From Camelus dromedarius (Eukaryota): a DNA stretch of 64,000 nucleotides. How positions within the stretch are numbered: position 1 is the first letter of the stretch; every line of letters begins with the position of its first letter. Shown one piece after another: positions 46,900-59,963 of the stretch. A program made the translations under genes and the position numbers. The stretch is taken from the NCBI RefSeq assembly GCF_036321535.1, contig NC_087436.1, forward strand, positions 78,990,001 to 79,054,000, written 5' to 3'. Under the pieces are notes generated by a model. That model saw only the letters and a program-made list of their open reading frames with translations, was not told where the DNA came from and did not search any database.

Positions 46900-49888
46900 A
46901 CTAAAAAATTTTTTAATTAAAGCCTTTATATCTTACAATTTATAAAATCATTTGGACCATAAAAAGCTCACATTTAGTCCATAGATAATGACAAAATGTG
47001 CATTAAAGAAGTCCAAACAAGGAAAAAAAACAGTTCTAAGTCATATTTTAATAGTAAAGGCTTTCTAGCTGACTGGCTTCCCTCTCCTTTGGGTTGCTGC
47101 TACAGAATTCCTATATAAAATACTTAAGGGATGCAATATGACCACAGGTAGGGCTGGAGGTTCTGTTTTGAAAGCTGTATTTACATAACACGGATTCATT
47201 TCTTAGTTATTTGTGTTATAAAACAATAAAAATAGAAAACTTTTCTAATGGCGTTTTTATTCACATTTTACATAAGACTGAGAAAATGTCAGTTGTCCAG
47301 ATCAAAGAATGGGGAAGCTAAAGCAGTCTCCCCCAAAGTCACTGCTCCACTTATTTTATTACCTGTAACATGTTTCTGTTTCCCATATAATCCAGAGATA
47401 AGACCTACAGGTTGCTTTTAGTTCTTGAGAGAAAAGGAATTTAAAGAAAGGTGTTCACCATAAAAATACCAAACATTAAAAGAAAGAGTAGACTGAGTTT
47501 CTGCCTTTAAAAGAAACAGTAGAAAAAAGAGAAGACATATTCTCATTTCAAAGCAATTTATGTTAATAACTGGGCAGAATGATACAGCTTTTTTAGTTGT
47601 GTGCTTTCAGAAGTAATGTCAAATTTACTTAAAATCAGGTATTATTTAAAAGTTTCTTGCATATTAAATGGTTAAAAGTAGTGTTACTAAAGAAAAAATG
47701 CAGAATCTTTTTTTACAGAATAGTATAAATGTTTATTTTTTGATTTACTCTGCTGTCCTGTTTTTACAATATAGAAAAGTGTATTCTTTGAATAGCTCTA
47801 GTAAATATAAATTTAATCTTTCTACTTTGGGATGTAAATAGAGCTAAAAAATAATAAACCCAACCCTCCCCAAATAGTCTTTTAAAATTGTTGAATTAAT
47901 GTGGATATTAATCTTGTTCAGCAATTTGACGCAAATGCCTAAATACAAAAAGTTGTTTAGTAAGTACTACACAGGAAGAAAAAGGCTTAATACTTTAGAT
48001 AGCTTCTTGAAAATCAGAAAAACTAGTAGCATTTGATTGATTGCACCTTCAAATTTTTACAAGCAAAACATTCTCAAGCAATGCCATCATACATAACTAC
48101 AATTGTAATCCAAATTTCACAAACATTTTCTGCACACTGTATATAAATACACATCACAAAGGTGCAATTAGAATTAAACACAGAATATGTACAAAATGAA
48201 CAAAGTTCAGATTTAGACCAAAAAGGTGTGGTAATTTTTTTGAAAAATAACTTGATTAGATATTATTTTATCCTCTTACACTAATTTACATTTATACAAA
48301 TTTTAATTAAACATACTAGGTTGAGGTGCTAAGAATGTCTGCACTATCTACATTTAAAGTTACTGCACTATAATTGTATAAATCCAAATTTCAAAAGGAA
48401 GATAATGAATAACGGAATCTTCTTTTGGATTACTTAATTTCTATTGCCTATATCTTGCATGTTCATATGAACATATATACACACTTAATACATACAACTA
48501 TAGATTCCTTGTAGGAAATGTAATAATCATTTACTAATAATTACTGAGGATTAAGGTAACCAACAAAATGCCTGAATTCCAACATGGTTTTTTCTCATCA
48601 TAAAATCCAGAGTCCTATTATAAACAGGCTCTTAAATTCATAAAGCTTTTGAACTCTGAATTACCAAAAATGATTTAGATTATTTTAGTAATTGTATGAA
48701 AACACTCATACCTTCAGCTTACCAAACCACTGGCTAAAAATAATGCCATATTAAGCTTCCCTTATAAAAAGAAATCCCACTACAATTTTGAAAGCTTTGT
48801 TAGGACCATTTGAGTAAATCAAGTAAAAGATAATATATTGTTTTGAAACCTCTTAGTTCAAAAGCCTATAAAGAGAACTGTTTGTATAGATCAAAAATCC
48901 TTCCCTAAATTCATCTGAGCTTCAATATTCTTTATTTATCCATCCAAGCCAAAATTTACACCTGATAATTATGTGAGGTTCTACTTTATCACTACATAAT
49001 AAAGATATGTTTACTTCTATTCATATGCGCCTTTCATTTTAATAGTACCCAGTAATCACTTTGACAATTTATTATTTCAAATACATACCACCTCCTCAAA
49101 AGAAAATGGAAACATCCCAGAGCATTTCCTAGTCACTCCTTATTATGGAAACAAATTGCCCGTCCTTTGAGAATTATTTACTGTCCCTTAACACTTCACT
49201 TGTTTTTTTAAAAAAAATTTTTTTTATTTTAAAAGTGTGCCTAAAGATTACTTCCTCTTCCGACAATTCCCAAAGTGGCAACAGGATATTACTCCAGAAT
49301 CCGCCCTCTAAAAAGTTGATTTTTCTTAAAAAGATAGTGCATTTGTAAACACAAAATGTCACTTGAATATTTTTTGTAAGAATCTGTTTATGTAGACATT
49401 CTATCTGCTGATTTTCTAGATCTAGTACTAAATAATGACTGGGTAATGCCAATGCTTCTCTATCTGCTGATTTTCTAGATCTAGTACTAAATAATGACTG
49501 GGTAATGCCAATGCTTCTTTGGCTTTTTCTACTGGAACAAAGTCATACAACGCCATACACTATAAATTATAGCAATTTATAATTGTTCTTTATCAATAGA
49601 ATCAGAAGGAAAGGACATCTAGTTCTTAAGAAACCCAAGCAAATTAATAATCTATATAATACAATAAAGAAAAAATTCAATTTAGAAGGGGCATAAGCAG
49701 ATTTAACTTAAGATTTCAAATGTACTAATTTCCTTATTTAAAATTTCTTCTCTTTCAATATTATAATTTCAGGTCTCAGAGGGACTGAATTAACAATACA
49801 ACAGTTGTTAAACTATCTTCCAGAAAATCAAGTGTCCCTGCACCTTCAATTTTCCGTACATTTCCATTCACCATTCTTTGTGCAAGAG
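46900..49888 (-). other. LIN54: LIN54 3'UTR (end approximate); AATAAA at 47261-47256, ATTAAA at ~47050 and ~46915
   Basis: Repeat-poor AT-rich sequence directly after the stop codon, with several poly(A) hexamers on the minus strand. Confidence 0.6.
49401..49518. repeat. Perfect 59-bp tandem duplication
   Basis: CTATCTGCTGATTTTCTAGATCTAGTACTAAATAATGACTGGGTAATGCCAATGCTTCT twice (49401-49459, 49460-49518). Confidence 0.95.
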
Positions 49889-50090
49889 TTAGCAGTTCAT
49901 GGCACAAGGGTCACTTTTTGCTTTTCCCGCAGAGTTGATGACGCTCATCAAACATCGTCCGAATTCCTCAAGTATCATCCGTTCAGCTGCTGCCTTTGAT
50001 TTTCCCTTCTTGTCTGCCTGCTCTGCCTGGGCAAGGAGGCAGTTACACGTGGCTTCAGCTACTTCCTTAGTTACAAATGTAAACGGCAAT
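49889..50090 (-). CDS. LIN54: LIN54 last coding exon: [66 protein letters not shown]
   Basis: atttcag|A acceptor, phase 2; stop TAA at 49891-49889; LIN54/tesmin C-terminal helix region. Confidence 0.95.
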
Positions 50091-52190
50091 CTGAAATGAT
50101 TTTTGAGAAAGGAGAGATGGTGTGAATAACAACAACAGTGCTGACACCCTTTCTCCTGGGGATTTGTCGACATTTTCATGATTCACCAAGCACAGTGAAC
50201 GTCACAGTTTTTGCAACAAACGCAAGCACATCCTAAAGAGCTTTTAAAAAGTAACATCTGGTTTTATTATTGAGTATATTTTTAAAATACAGTATTTCAT
50301 ATAAAATACGTATCTTACTATCTAGACAAGGTTATCTGGTAACTGAAAGATGTAATTCTGCATGTTGACTGGATTTTTCCTCCCAATGCATGAATGTAAA
50401 CTCTACAAGTGTAATTTTTGTTTCATTTACTGTTGTTTCTTCACTGCCTAGAATAGTTCCCAACACACAGAGACACTTCATGAGTATCTGCTGAATGAAT
50501 GAATAATACTGGGCATTGAAAGCACCATCTCCTGAACACAGAAAATAACGCACTCTCCCATAGTCCCATATAGTGTTTGTAAAAAACAAAAAAGCACACC
50601 AGACTTGTGCATTATTTCATGATAACAAACAAAACAAAACAATGGGGTCACCAAATGCTGTTCTATATGTGGAATTTCATTCATAAAGACCTGAACTATT
50701 GAGTACTTAACAGAGCAATACATCCTGAGGCTTGCTATAAGTAGCTAAGTCTTAAATTCTATGAGAGAGAAAATCAGGGTCCCTAATCTAACCACTAACT
50801 CCACAACCTGTAAGAGCAGTCACTGATAGAAACTGCAAAACAAAACAAGTCTGAAATTAAGGTCCACTATGTCAAGACAGGGTAAGGATCTGGGCTGCTA
50901 CAGTTTTATAGCAATCTTTAAAATACAAAAAGGACTTTAAATTAGAAAATATTATAAAATTAAAATATTACAATAAGGTATTAAAACATAATTAAGTAAT
51001 ACAGTATAATAATAGTACATGTTATATTTGGAAACTACGGGAAAGTAAAAAAAAATTCAAATTTTTGCCACTCAAAAACTTGTTAGCATGCCGGTAGAAC
51101 TTTTTTTATACATTTTTTTAACTTAGTTTTGACCATAACGTATCATTTTGTGCTCTTTCACACTTCATAATATCAAACATTTTCCCAAGTTGAAAAATTA
51201 ATTGTAAATATTTTAGTTTAGCAGTATCTTTAATCTCCACAAGGAGATGAGTTCATATTCTGAAGGTTTATTGAAAGCAGGAGACCAGGAAGGACCCCAT
51301 CATACCCCTCATTAAGATGTCTGCCCGCTTCCACTTCATTCAGTCAAGAACCTTTTGCTGATTATATTCCAGTTGTAAGAGTTCTTTAGAACTAATGTCT
51401 GAAATATTTTGTACAAAAGCCTTACTTTTATAGGTTTTATAAGTTGTAGCTTATTTCAACTTAGGCATTTTAAATAAAATACCATTTGTAAGGCTCACTC
51501 CACTTGATAATTCCTCAAATTAACCTCTAACAAACTAATACAAATCCAAGTCAGGAAACTATGTTGCACTGGCCCTTTGGTTTACGCCTCACAGCCACGT
51601 GGTAAGGGTGATTTGAAGAATAAGAAAACCCGAGGTGAGGCTGAGAGGTGAGGTGCTTGTCAAAGTCGCAGACTATTACAGAACACAGGCCGTGTCTGAA
51701 CTCAGGCCGGCCTGACCGTAAAGCCCCAGCCTCCTGCTCCGGAGCTCGGCAATCCAGGGAAGTACGGAGCTACAGCAGCGCGGCGTGTAGGAGGTGCTCC
51801 AAGAGGGTCGAGCAAGCGCCACAAGGCACAGAAAAGGCAAGAGAAGGCAAGAATGTGCAAAAATACGGATAAGACACAACCTGGTGGTATAAAAATTTTG
51901 GTTTTCTTCAGGGTTTGTTGAATTACATAATTACCTCATTTTAGCAGGGAAACACCCAATTAAATTAAGCACAGTGACCCAAAGCAACACTGCACATTTT
52001 AGAACTGTACAATACATCTGACAGTGGTTTTTCTCTTACTTTTCAATTCCTTTACAAGTAATTAAAGATAGAAAATGCAAAAGTCAGGTTTGCAACAACC
52101 CAAAGTATGAGCTCAATTTTGCCCCAGAAAGGAAACTTTACCAAAAATGAATATATCTTACTATAAAAAGATATTAAAATATTGACTTAC

Positions 52191-52393
52191 TTTCCTCCTC
52201 CACTATTCAAAGCTGGTGTTGGCCTAGTAAGCAAGTCTGAAATTTGAGAGGATAACTTAGTCTTTGCTGCCGTTTGCTGCTGTACCCTTACTTCGGCTGC
52301 ATCTGCCAAGTGCATCAATGTCTTTCTTTCTGGGCTTTCTTCAAAATTCTTACAGCCAATACATTTGCATATTGAGGAACACATTATTTTTGC
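52191..52393 (-). CDS. LIN54: LIN54 exon: [67 protein letters not shown](K)
   Basis: ctttcag|GCA...AA|gtaagt; 203 nt; end of CXC domain 2. Confidence 0.95.
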
Positions 52394-55300
52394 CTGAAAG
52401 ATGTACAAAAGCAAAGCTTACGAATCAAAACCAAAAGACATCAGTACAGTAGACTATAAATCAGTAGATAATAGAATTAGCTAGTCAACTGACATAAGAT
52501 AAAGTGGAAGCATCTCTTGCTGACAAACACCAAAGGGGCCAGCTATGCATGTGGACAGGTCAGGCATCCTGGGCCATATACAATGTTTGTCTGAGGCCTC
52601 CCACATCAATTTGCCCCTTACTATAGATTTTTCTCCTGATATAAATAATGTATTATTTATTAAAAAATATGAGTGATACATTACAATATTAAAAAATAAG
52701 TCATTCAGAATCCAGCAACCTCAAGCAGCAACCATTAGCATGCTGATAACCTCCTATGTATGCAAACACACACACAATATCACATTAAAGGGATTTCATA
52801 GACTTTTTTTTATTACTGATACCTCCTCCTTCCTAAACTTCCTCTCCAGATTTCCCAAACACTTCAATGGTTTATATTAAACCAGTGTGTCCTTTCATGT
52901 AAAAATATCTAAGCTATGTGTATATTTAATGAAAAACACAAATATAGAAGTCTCCTTTTTCTTAGTTTGTTTTACATAATCATTTATGTAAATGATACCC
53001 ACTTTTCTGCATCTCCCTTTTCTCACACTATACTTCATGGAATCTCTCCCTCCAAGGGATCTGGCAGGGGCTGAATTCACTCTATTTTAAACAGCTGGGT
53101 AGTAATCCCTGGTATGGCTGTGCCACATTTTATTTGAGCATTCACTCTCCTATTTTGTTGCCAGATCTTGAGTTCTACAAAGAACGCATAAGATTTTTTA
53201 TATATTATGCCTTTATTTCTATGAGCTAGAAGAATTGGGCTCACCGGTCAAAGGGTACATGTATTTTAGTTTTATAGATGCGGCCAGATTGTTTTGTCAA
53301 AAGGCTATATAACACCTCACATCTCATCAGCAATGTAAAAATGAAGCCTTTCCCACATGCCCTCTAACAATGTATATTATAACTCTTTTTAATATTTACC
53401 AATCTGACGTGGGGGAAGAGGTAAAGTAAGATTTCATTGCTCTTTAATTTACATTTCCCAGACTCCTAGTAAATTTTAATATATTTTGTTGGCTGCATTT
53501 TCTTCAGTGAACCCAGATCAATTTAAACAAATTAACAAACCTACTGTCCTTTCTCTCTACAGGATCTAGCAATACAAACATTGTATTATGAACACATCTA
53601 CCTTGTTCCTTTCTTACAATACACTAATAAACTCCATTTACCAAGGGGAAAAATGGAGATACATTTTAGTTAACTGGATTACTATGGGCCAGTCTGGGAA
53701 CCCAACTGAAGCAATACTTAGTAAGTGTCTAATGGAAAATCCCTAACCTGGGGGAAGGGGAGGATATACCAATAATGGTAATTCGGATTAAGTTTTAAGA
53801 ATTATAAGAAAGTATATCCTAATAATGTCTAATAGGAACTCAGGAGGAAGAAATTAAAATAACAAGGCATCAATTTAGCTTTGCTAATTCAACTTCCCTT
53901 GTGGCAAAAAAAAAAAAAGAAGGGGGGAGAAAGGTCACAAGAGAAGGCATGATCACGATCATTTAAATGATGTGGACAGTCACTCATTCAATCAACAAGC
54001 CTTGAAAGGCATGTGAAAGGAACATGAATGTGTTATCCAGATGCAAACCAAATGGACCACAAGAGACAATTTAATTCAAAAGACCAACAATGAACACAAA
54101 CTGTCAGACGTTACAGCTAATTAACAGTGAGTCAAATAGCCACTGCTAGTCAAAGTTCAGTGTATTTCAAATTTTCCCACATTTTGGTCTTTTAGAACAA
54201 CACATTGTTTATTAAATGCTGTTATGTCCTGACTGTAAAGGATTTTATTATAATAGATAGGGCAGCTTTCTCTTTTCTAACATATTTCAACCAGTCCGCT
54301 GCCTTTTCTACATCTATTAATTCACAGAGTGGTCAACCGGTTCAATGAAATCATTAGTTTATGTCTGTCTGAATTTCATATGCTTAGTATATATTGACTT
54401 TTCGATGCCATATGCAAGAAAGGGTTTCTTTGCCCTTCTGACCCAGCTTCATATCAGTTTCCATTTTCTCTTTTTTTTTTGTGGGCCTGGTTTTACAGCT
54501 TACATTTTTACATATTCATGACAATTTTTGTATGACATGGTTTATGAACTGAAGCCACTATTTCATCAGGTGTTCAAACAAAAGAGTCAGTCTTTCCCAA
54601 GACTGGATGAAAAACTGACTTGTTGGACTCTGAGACATTGTTAAAGAGACTTTCAAAAATAATTTTGATTATATGCAATTTTCACTCCTGTTGACTTTAG
54701 GACTAACAAAATGTTACTTTACTATACCTCTTGAAAGGAGTATTTGCCCTCTGAAATTATTCACTACAGACAGAATACAGTACAGAAAATCTACTATGCC
54801 ACGCTGGGTGAGGGCGGGCATGGAGCCGCAGGCACTCGCTCCTGGAGCCGAGCAAACCTGGCTGGGGAGAGCGCCGTCTTCGCTGGCATCACTTCACCAA
54901 GTGCAAGGCCAGGCCTTCTGCCAAAACTAAAAACACAATTTCCCTCTGAATATGAAAGTTGAAAGAATAAAAATTTAATAGATGAGAAATAGTAATGACT
55001 CAACTCAAAAGACTGTCAGTGAAGAGTTTTGGGTGAGTCAAGAAAACTGTAATAGTCTTCTAGTATTAATCTTGGGCATGACTAGATTGTTTTATTTAAG
55101 CTTTGAAAATGAAAAAAATAAACTATATAGTACTTTGTCTGAAACAAGAAGCAGATGATTTACATGGCATCTGTCAAAATAGTTTCAATACATATTTTCC
55201 AGAAAAGTAGCCCGACCAATAAACCAAAACAGTCAATTGAGTGGGGTGACGAAATAGTAAAAATGGATGCAATCACCTCACAATGACCAAAACCTCATCC

Positions 55301-55885
55301 AGCTATTACATATTCCTCCTTAGCTACTTCTATGCTCACAACACAAACTTCTCAACATAACTTAGTTTTCCACAGAGCAGTGTTCTTCAACAGGGCACTA
55401 TTGGCATATGGGGCAAGAGAAGTCTATACTTTCAGGACTGCAACCTGGAGTGTAGCTATTTTATTATCCACATATATTTCCAAAAAGCTGTGGGGGAAAG
55501 AGACTGGGTCGTAATACCCCTAGTGGAGAACCACTACTATAGAGTTTCCGGTCCACTTTGATGTTATTTTTATTGAAAATCAATAAACTGGTGCTGTGAT
55601 TCTCATACTTTGAGGTATAATGACCAAGGAGTTATGAGTTGGTAAGTCAGCTCGTGAGACCCTAAGCTCTAATAACAAAACCAAGGTAGTGCTCCTCTGA
55701 AACCCTGCTTGGGAGGCCAGAAAGTAGGTCCTCCCTCAAATTAGGTCTCTTGGGCTGACTGTGCACATTTTCAAACTGCAATAGCAAAGTCAATTTCCCA
55801 ATTTCCAAGTCAATTTTTATTGTATGCCCTTTCTAAAGTTATTTTCAAAAGATGGTTAGATTGTTTTCCCCACCCAGCACCTCAC

Positions 55886-56023
55886 CTCGTAGCATTCACA
55901 GTAGTTTTTAAGACATCCTGATCGTTTGCAATTACATCCTTTGCTGTGACGTCGATCTGATTCTCCCTCCTTTCCTTTCCCTATCTTAGGTTTAAAAGCT
56001 TCTGGATTTCTGTCAAGGCATGC
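55886..56023 (-). CDS. LIN54: LIN54 exon: [46 protein letters not shown] (RNPxAFxPK hinge and start of CXC2)
   Basis: tgatag|GCA...GAG|gtgagg; 138 nt. Confidence 0.96.
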
Positions 56024-56185
56024 CTATCAAAACAGATCAAACATCAAGCGATGTTAGTTATAGTAGATTAAACTTAAACTTTGCAAAGGGAATTAATTTT
56101 CTGTGTAAAATACTTGCATTCAAGACAAACCAGGTAAAATTGGAAATTTTTATCAGTTAAATAAAATGAAATAAAAAATAATCAC

Positions 56186-56288
56186 CTTTATTGCTTTTTG
56201 CCTTTCATTTTCATGTTCCAAGTTATTATAACAATTAGTACAATTGCAGTTGTTGCAAAATTCACCATTTGCGAAGCAATCACAGTAT
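56186..56288 (-). CDS. LIN54: LIN54 exon: [34 protein letters not shown] (CXC1)
   Basis: ttccag|A...AAG|gtgatt; 103 nt. Confidence 0.95.
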
Positions 56289-57024
56289 CTGGAATATAAA
56301 AATCAGTGTAAGTCATACTGTTACACAAAACTAGAAATTATTTTATTTAATAGCACTGTATATGCAGTAAAGCATTTTAGAAATGTACTCGAGTCACCTA
56401 CTTATAGAGTTAACAACATATACTGATTGTCAACCACATGACAAGGTTCAAAAAAGTCACCAGCTCCTAAAATTTTAGTTTAGAAATTAAGTTCTAGTAG
56501 TAACAGCTCTCAGCACAAAAGCTACATGATTTCATGTGCCCCAAAAGTAAGTTATTTCAAAAACATGAAAAAGGAAAAACATGGGCTATATTATACCTGT
56601 GGAACCTGCTCACCTGAACTACTGTCATGTTTCTTTGGATTCTAAACACCCATAAATAAGACCAGTGCTTTCATTTAACTGTTTCACATCAAATCTCTTA
56701 CTTTAGTACTAACAAGCAAATTAATCAACGATTTAAAAAACTACTCATTTAGGAGACCAAATATAAAGGTCATAAATAAGATCAAACTTACTAGTAAGGA
56801 CAGAGACCTCATGTGTCTCACACTGCTATGCCCCTAACCCCTACTCCAGTGCCTCACCCATGGTAAATACTCTGAATGAATGAATGAATGAATGAATGAA
56901 GGAAAGAGTACTTTTACATTGTCATATGTGCTCAAACATTCACTTGTTTTTTTACTTAGACTTATGAAGTTGGTCTCTTATGAATTTTTAGTTAAGTCCA
57001 TTTATTTTTAAAAGCATTTTCAGT

Positions 57025-57148
57025 GGGGAGGGTAGAGCTTAGTGGTAGAGTGCATACTTAGCATGCACAAGATCCTGGGTTCAATCCCCAGTGCCTCCAT
57101 CAAAAATAAATAAACCTAATTTACCACCCCCACCAAAAAAAAAAAAAG
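57025..57148 (+). mobile_element. Intact tRNA-derived SINE (camelid Vic-like) with poly(A) and a 13-bp TSD AAGCATTTTCAGT
   Basis: GGGGAGGGTAGAGCTTAGTGGTAGAG...CTGGGTTCAATCCCCAGTGCCTCC, A-tail; TSD at 57012-57024 and 57149-57161. Confidence 0.9.
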
Positions 57149-57197
57149 AAGCATTTTCAGTTATATCAAATAAGGAAACAGTAGTAAAAAGACTTAC

Positions 57198-57269
57198 AAT
57201 TTCAAACACAGCGATTTTGTACAGTTACAGGGCTTTCTGGGCCGACTGGCAGACTCTGATGGGATTATG
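57198..57269 (-). CDS. LIN54: LIN54 exon: [23 protein letters not shown](L) (start of CXC1)
   Basis: atattag|C...TT|gtaagt; 72 nt. Confidence 0.93.
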
Positions 57270-58079
57270 CTAATATGGACACACACACAAAAGACATATA
57301 TTTTAATCAATTAAAGATAACTATTTAAAATTAGAAAAGTCTCCAATCTGTAAATTCCTCCTAAAATAAAGCTTTAACAATTGTATACATCTCTAATAAA
57401 AGTTTGCTATGTTGTTTCATTTACATTAAGTTCAAAAGCAAGTTGTAAGATGAAAAAAAAGGTAGAGAGCCAAGATAAGGATTAAAAAAAAAGAAAAGGA
57501 AGTTATCAACAGCTTCTAAAGAACACTCCACAAAAAATACTCTTCCTTCTGAGAGAACTAAAGTTGAAATCTCTTAAAGACTTTAGGAGTCAATTATAAA
57601 AGGTAGTAAGTAGAAAAGGGTGTGTGAGGTTGGAATTTGGAAGGGGAGAGGTAAGGTAGCCTGGTTCCAAGTAATTAACTAAGAACTGCTTCTCAAACAA
57701 TACTGCAAAGGCAGCAATTAACAGATTAAAAAACAAACAAACAAAAAAGCAAAGACCTAACAATAATTTAAAAAATACTATCATTTAAAAAACATATTCA
57801 GGATGAGAGAGAAAGAGGAGAGAGACAGAGAGAAAGTAATAAAATACATGTGGCATAACTGATGAATCCAAGTAAAAGATAATTTGGGAGTTCTCTGACT
57901 ATTCCTGCAACTTCTGTTTAAAGTATTTCAAAATAAAAAGAACCACAGAGGCATGCCCACATGTCTTTGAAGGGAAAAAAAATCAAATACTTACATATAC
58001 ATATATTTTGAAATGCATATATTTGATGCTTTATTTAATCTGATCCAACAACTTAATTTACATATATTCAACTACTCAC

Positions 58080-58171
58080 CCATTGAATGGAAGCCTTGCC
58101 TGGGTCTGGATACCAGGTGTTCCAGTAAAGTTTGAGTTGCTTGCTATAGACACATATGAAGACTGCTGTAG
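58080..58171 (-). CDS. LIN54: LIN54 exon: [30 protein letters not shown](G)
   Basis: tttgtag|CTA...GG|gtgagt; 92 nt, phases fit the neighbouring exons. Confidence 0.9.
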
Positions 58172-59327
58172 CTACAAATAAAAAAAAGCTATTTTAGATC
58201 ATATTTACAAAAATGGATACTTTTAGATATAGTGATCAGTAAGAAGCACACATTCACCTACTAAAATAGGAAAAACAGAATGAAGAATTTCATATAAATA
58301 TACTACCTCATGAAACTCTTCTAAAGACCCAAACTAATACCAGAGGTGAAAACAATGTAAACATTTTGAAGTACTACATGGTACAAATATAAGAAATTCT
58401 TTCACAAAGGAGTAAGTATGCCAGCATTAGGAAATTCTAGATGAACGCCCCAAAAGTACTGTAGTAACGTGCACCAGCTAGGAAAACGCAATGTGTCTAC
58501 TTGCAAATAAAACAGGTACTATACTGATCATTCATCACGAGTTATAGAGAATGAGAAGTTACATATGTAATAAGTTTTTATTTATACTGATTTCTAAACA
58601 TAAGAAAAGAGATGCTAATGATAAAAATACTGAACATTAATTTTTTTAATCAGTAGGCACATAACATACTACAAAATACATTTCATTAAAGTACACAGAA
58701 AGGTTCCTGTTCCTCTCTCTCTCTTACAATCTGGGTAGGTCAACTCAGTAGCTTAGAACATGATGCTAATTTGCTTGGTTCTTACATGAAAAAGAAAACT
58801 TCTGTCTGCCTCCTAGAAAGCAGCATTCCTACGCCAAGCCAGCCAACTCTAGGTAATATGTGGCTCTGATTCCAAAGATGGCTAGATGTCATCTGAAGAT
58901 GATCAGATCTGGACAGATCACTAAAGATATGTCACCTGGAAACACATCTCACAATCTATTTTCCAAGAACAAGTCAAAGGCATCATATTCACATGTGAGG
59001 AAGAGCATGGTCCTTTCTAAACTGATTTGGGATTCTGCTCATTTTAACTCAACCTATTTTCTCTTATGTCTGCATGATCTTGCCCTCTCACCAAACTGCT
59101 CTCAGCTCCAAATTGTCTGACTTGTAAACCTGACCTGTGCTGTTTATTTCTAAACGCTAAAGATATAAAAATACCTTTAGAAGTTTTCATTAACATTTCA
59201 AGGTTTTGGAAAGAGCCATTCCAACACTAAGTTAGATGTTTTTGAGTAGTTTTAGAATGTGATAGGCTAGACATCTTAGACCCAATTAGCCTTTATGAAA
59301 TGCAATGACTTAATTTTTTGCCCATAC

Positions 59328-59525
59328 CTGAGTCACGTACTGAGCTGGAAGCACTGCATAGCCTACATTTCCTGTGCCCGGAGCCGGTGCCAGCACAGTG
59401 CCTGGCGGGAGGTTGGTGAGGTTTGGCTGGATCTGTGGCAGTGGCGTGGCCGGCATGATGAGCCGCTGCTGTGGCTGGCTGCTGGTAACTATTTGTGAAG
59501 TTGGATTGATTGGTTTGGGAACAAC
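59328..59525 (-). CDS. LIN54: LIN54 exon: [66 protein letters not shown]
   Basis: tttttag|GTT...CAG|gtatgg; 198 nt. Confidence 0.92.
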
Positions 59526-59608
59526 CTAAAAAGAAAGGAATGATTATATCAATGATTATAAAAGTAAAATTTACAGCTTCTCAGTTTGGTATGAATCTCT
59601 TAAACTTA

Positions 59609-59804
59609 GGGAATTAAGAGTTACAAACTATTATATATAAAATAAGCTACAAGGGTATATTGCACAAAATGGGGAATAGAGCCCATACTTTATAATTGTA
59701 AATGGAGTATAACCTTTAAAAGTGATGAATCACTTATTGTACACTGGTAACATATATATCATACATCAACTATATTTCAATATAAACAAACAAACAAATA
59801 AATA
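59609..59804 (+). mobile_element. Short L1 3'-end insertion with an A-rich tail and an imperfect 15-bp TSD
   Basis: aaaataagctacaagggtatattgcac...catcaactatatttcaatataaacaaac; flanks AATCTCTTAAACTTA (59594-59608) and AATGTCTTAACCTTA (59805-59819). Confidence 0.7.
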
Positions 59805-59889
59805 AATGTCTTAACCTTAAATCTTAACTTTCAATTTTAAAAGTAAATTGTCTGGGAGAGGCCAAGAGACGAAGTAATGTAATACTCAC

Positions 59890-59963
59890 CTGTTTGACAG
59901 TCTGTGCTGAGACAAGTGGAACTGACATCCGCACGGGGGTGGTATTAACAACCACTGGCTTTG
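59890..59963 (-). CDS. LIN54: LIN54 exon: [24 protein letters not shown] (upstream exons lie beyond the window)
   Basis: ttttttacaaag|CA...CAG|gtgagt; 74 nt, phase 1/0. Confidence 0.88.

Noticed and set aside
49401..49518. CRISPR-like array or structured RNA
   Set aside because: Only two abutting copies with no spacers, in a mammalian 3'UTR.
57025..57098. tRNA gene
   Set aside because: Has a poly(A) tail and TSD and has diverged copies elsewhere in the window, so it is a tRNA-derived SINE.
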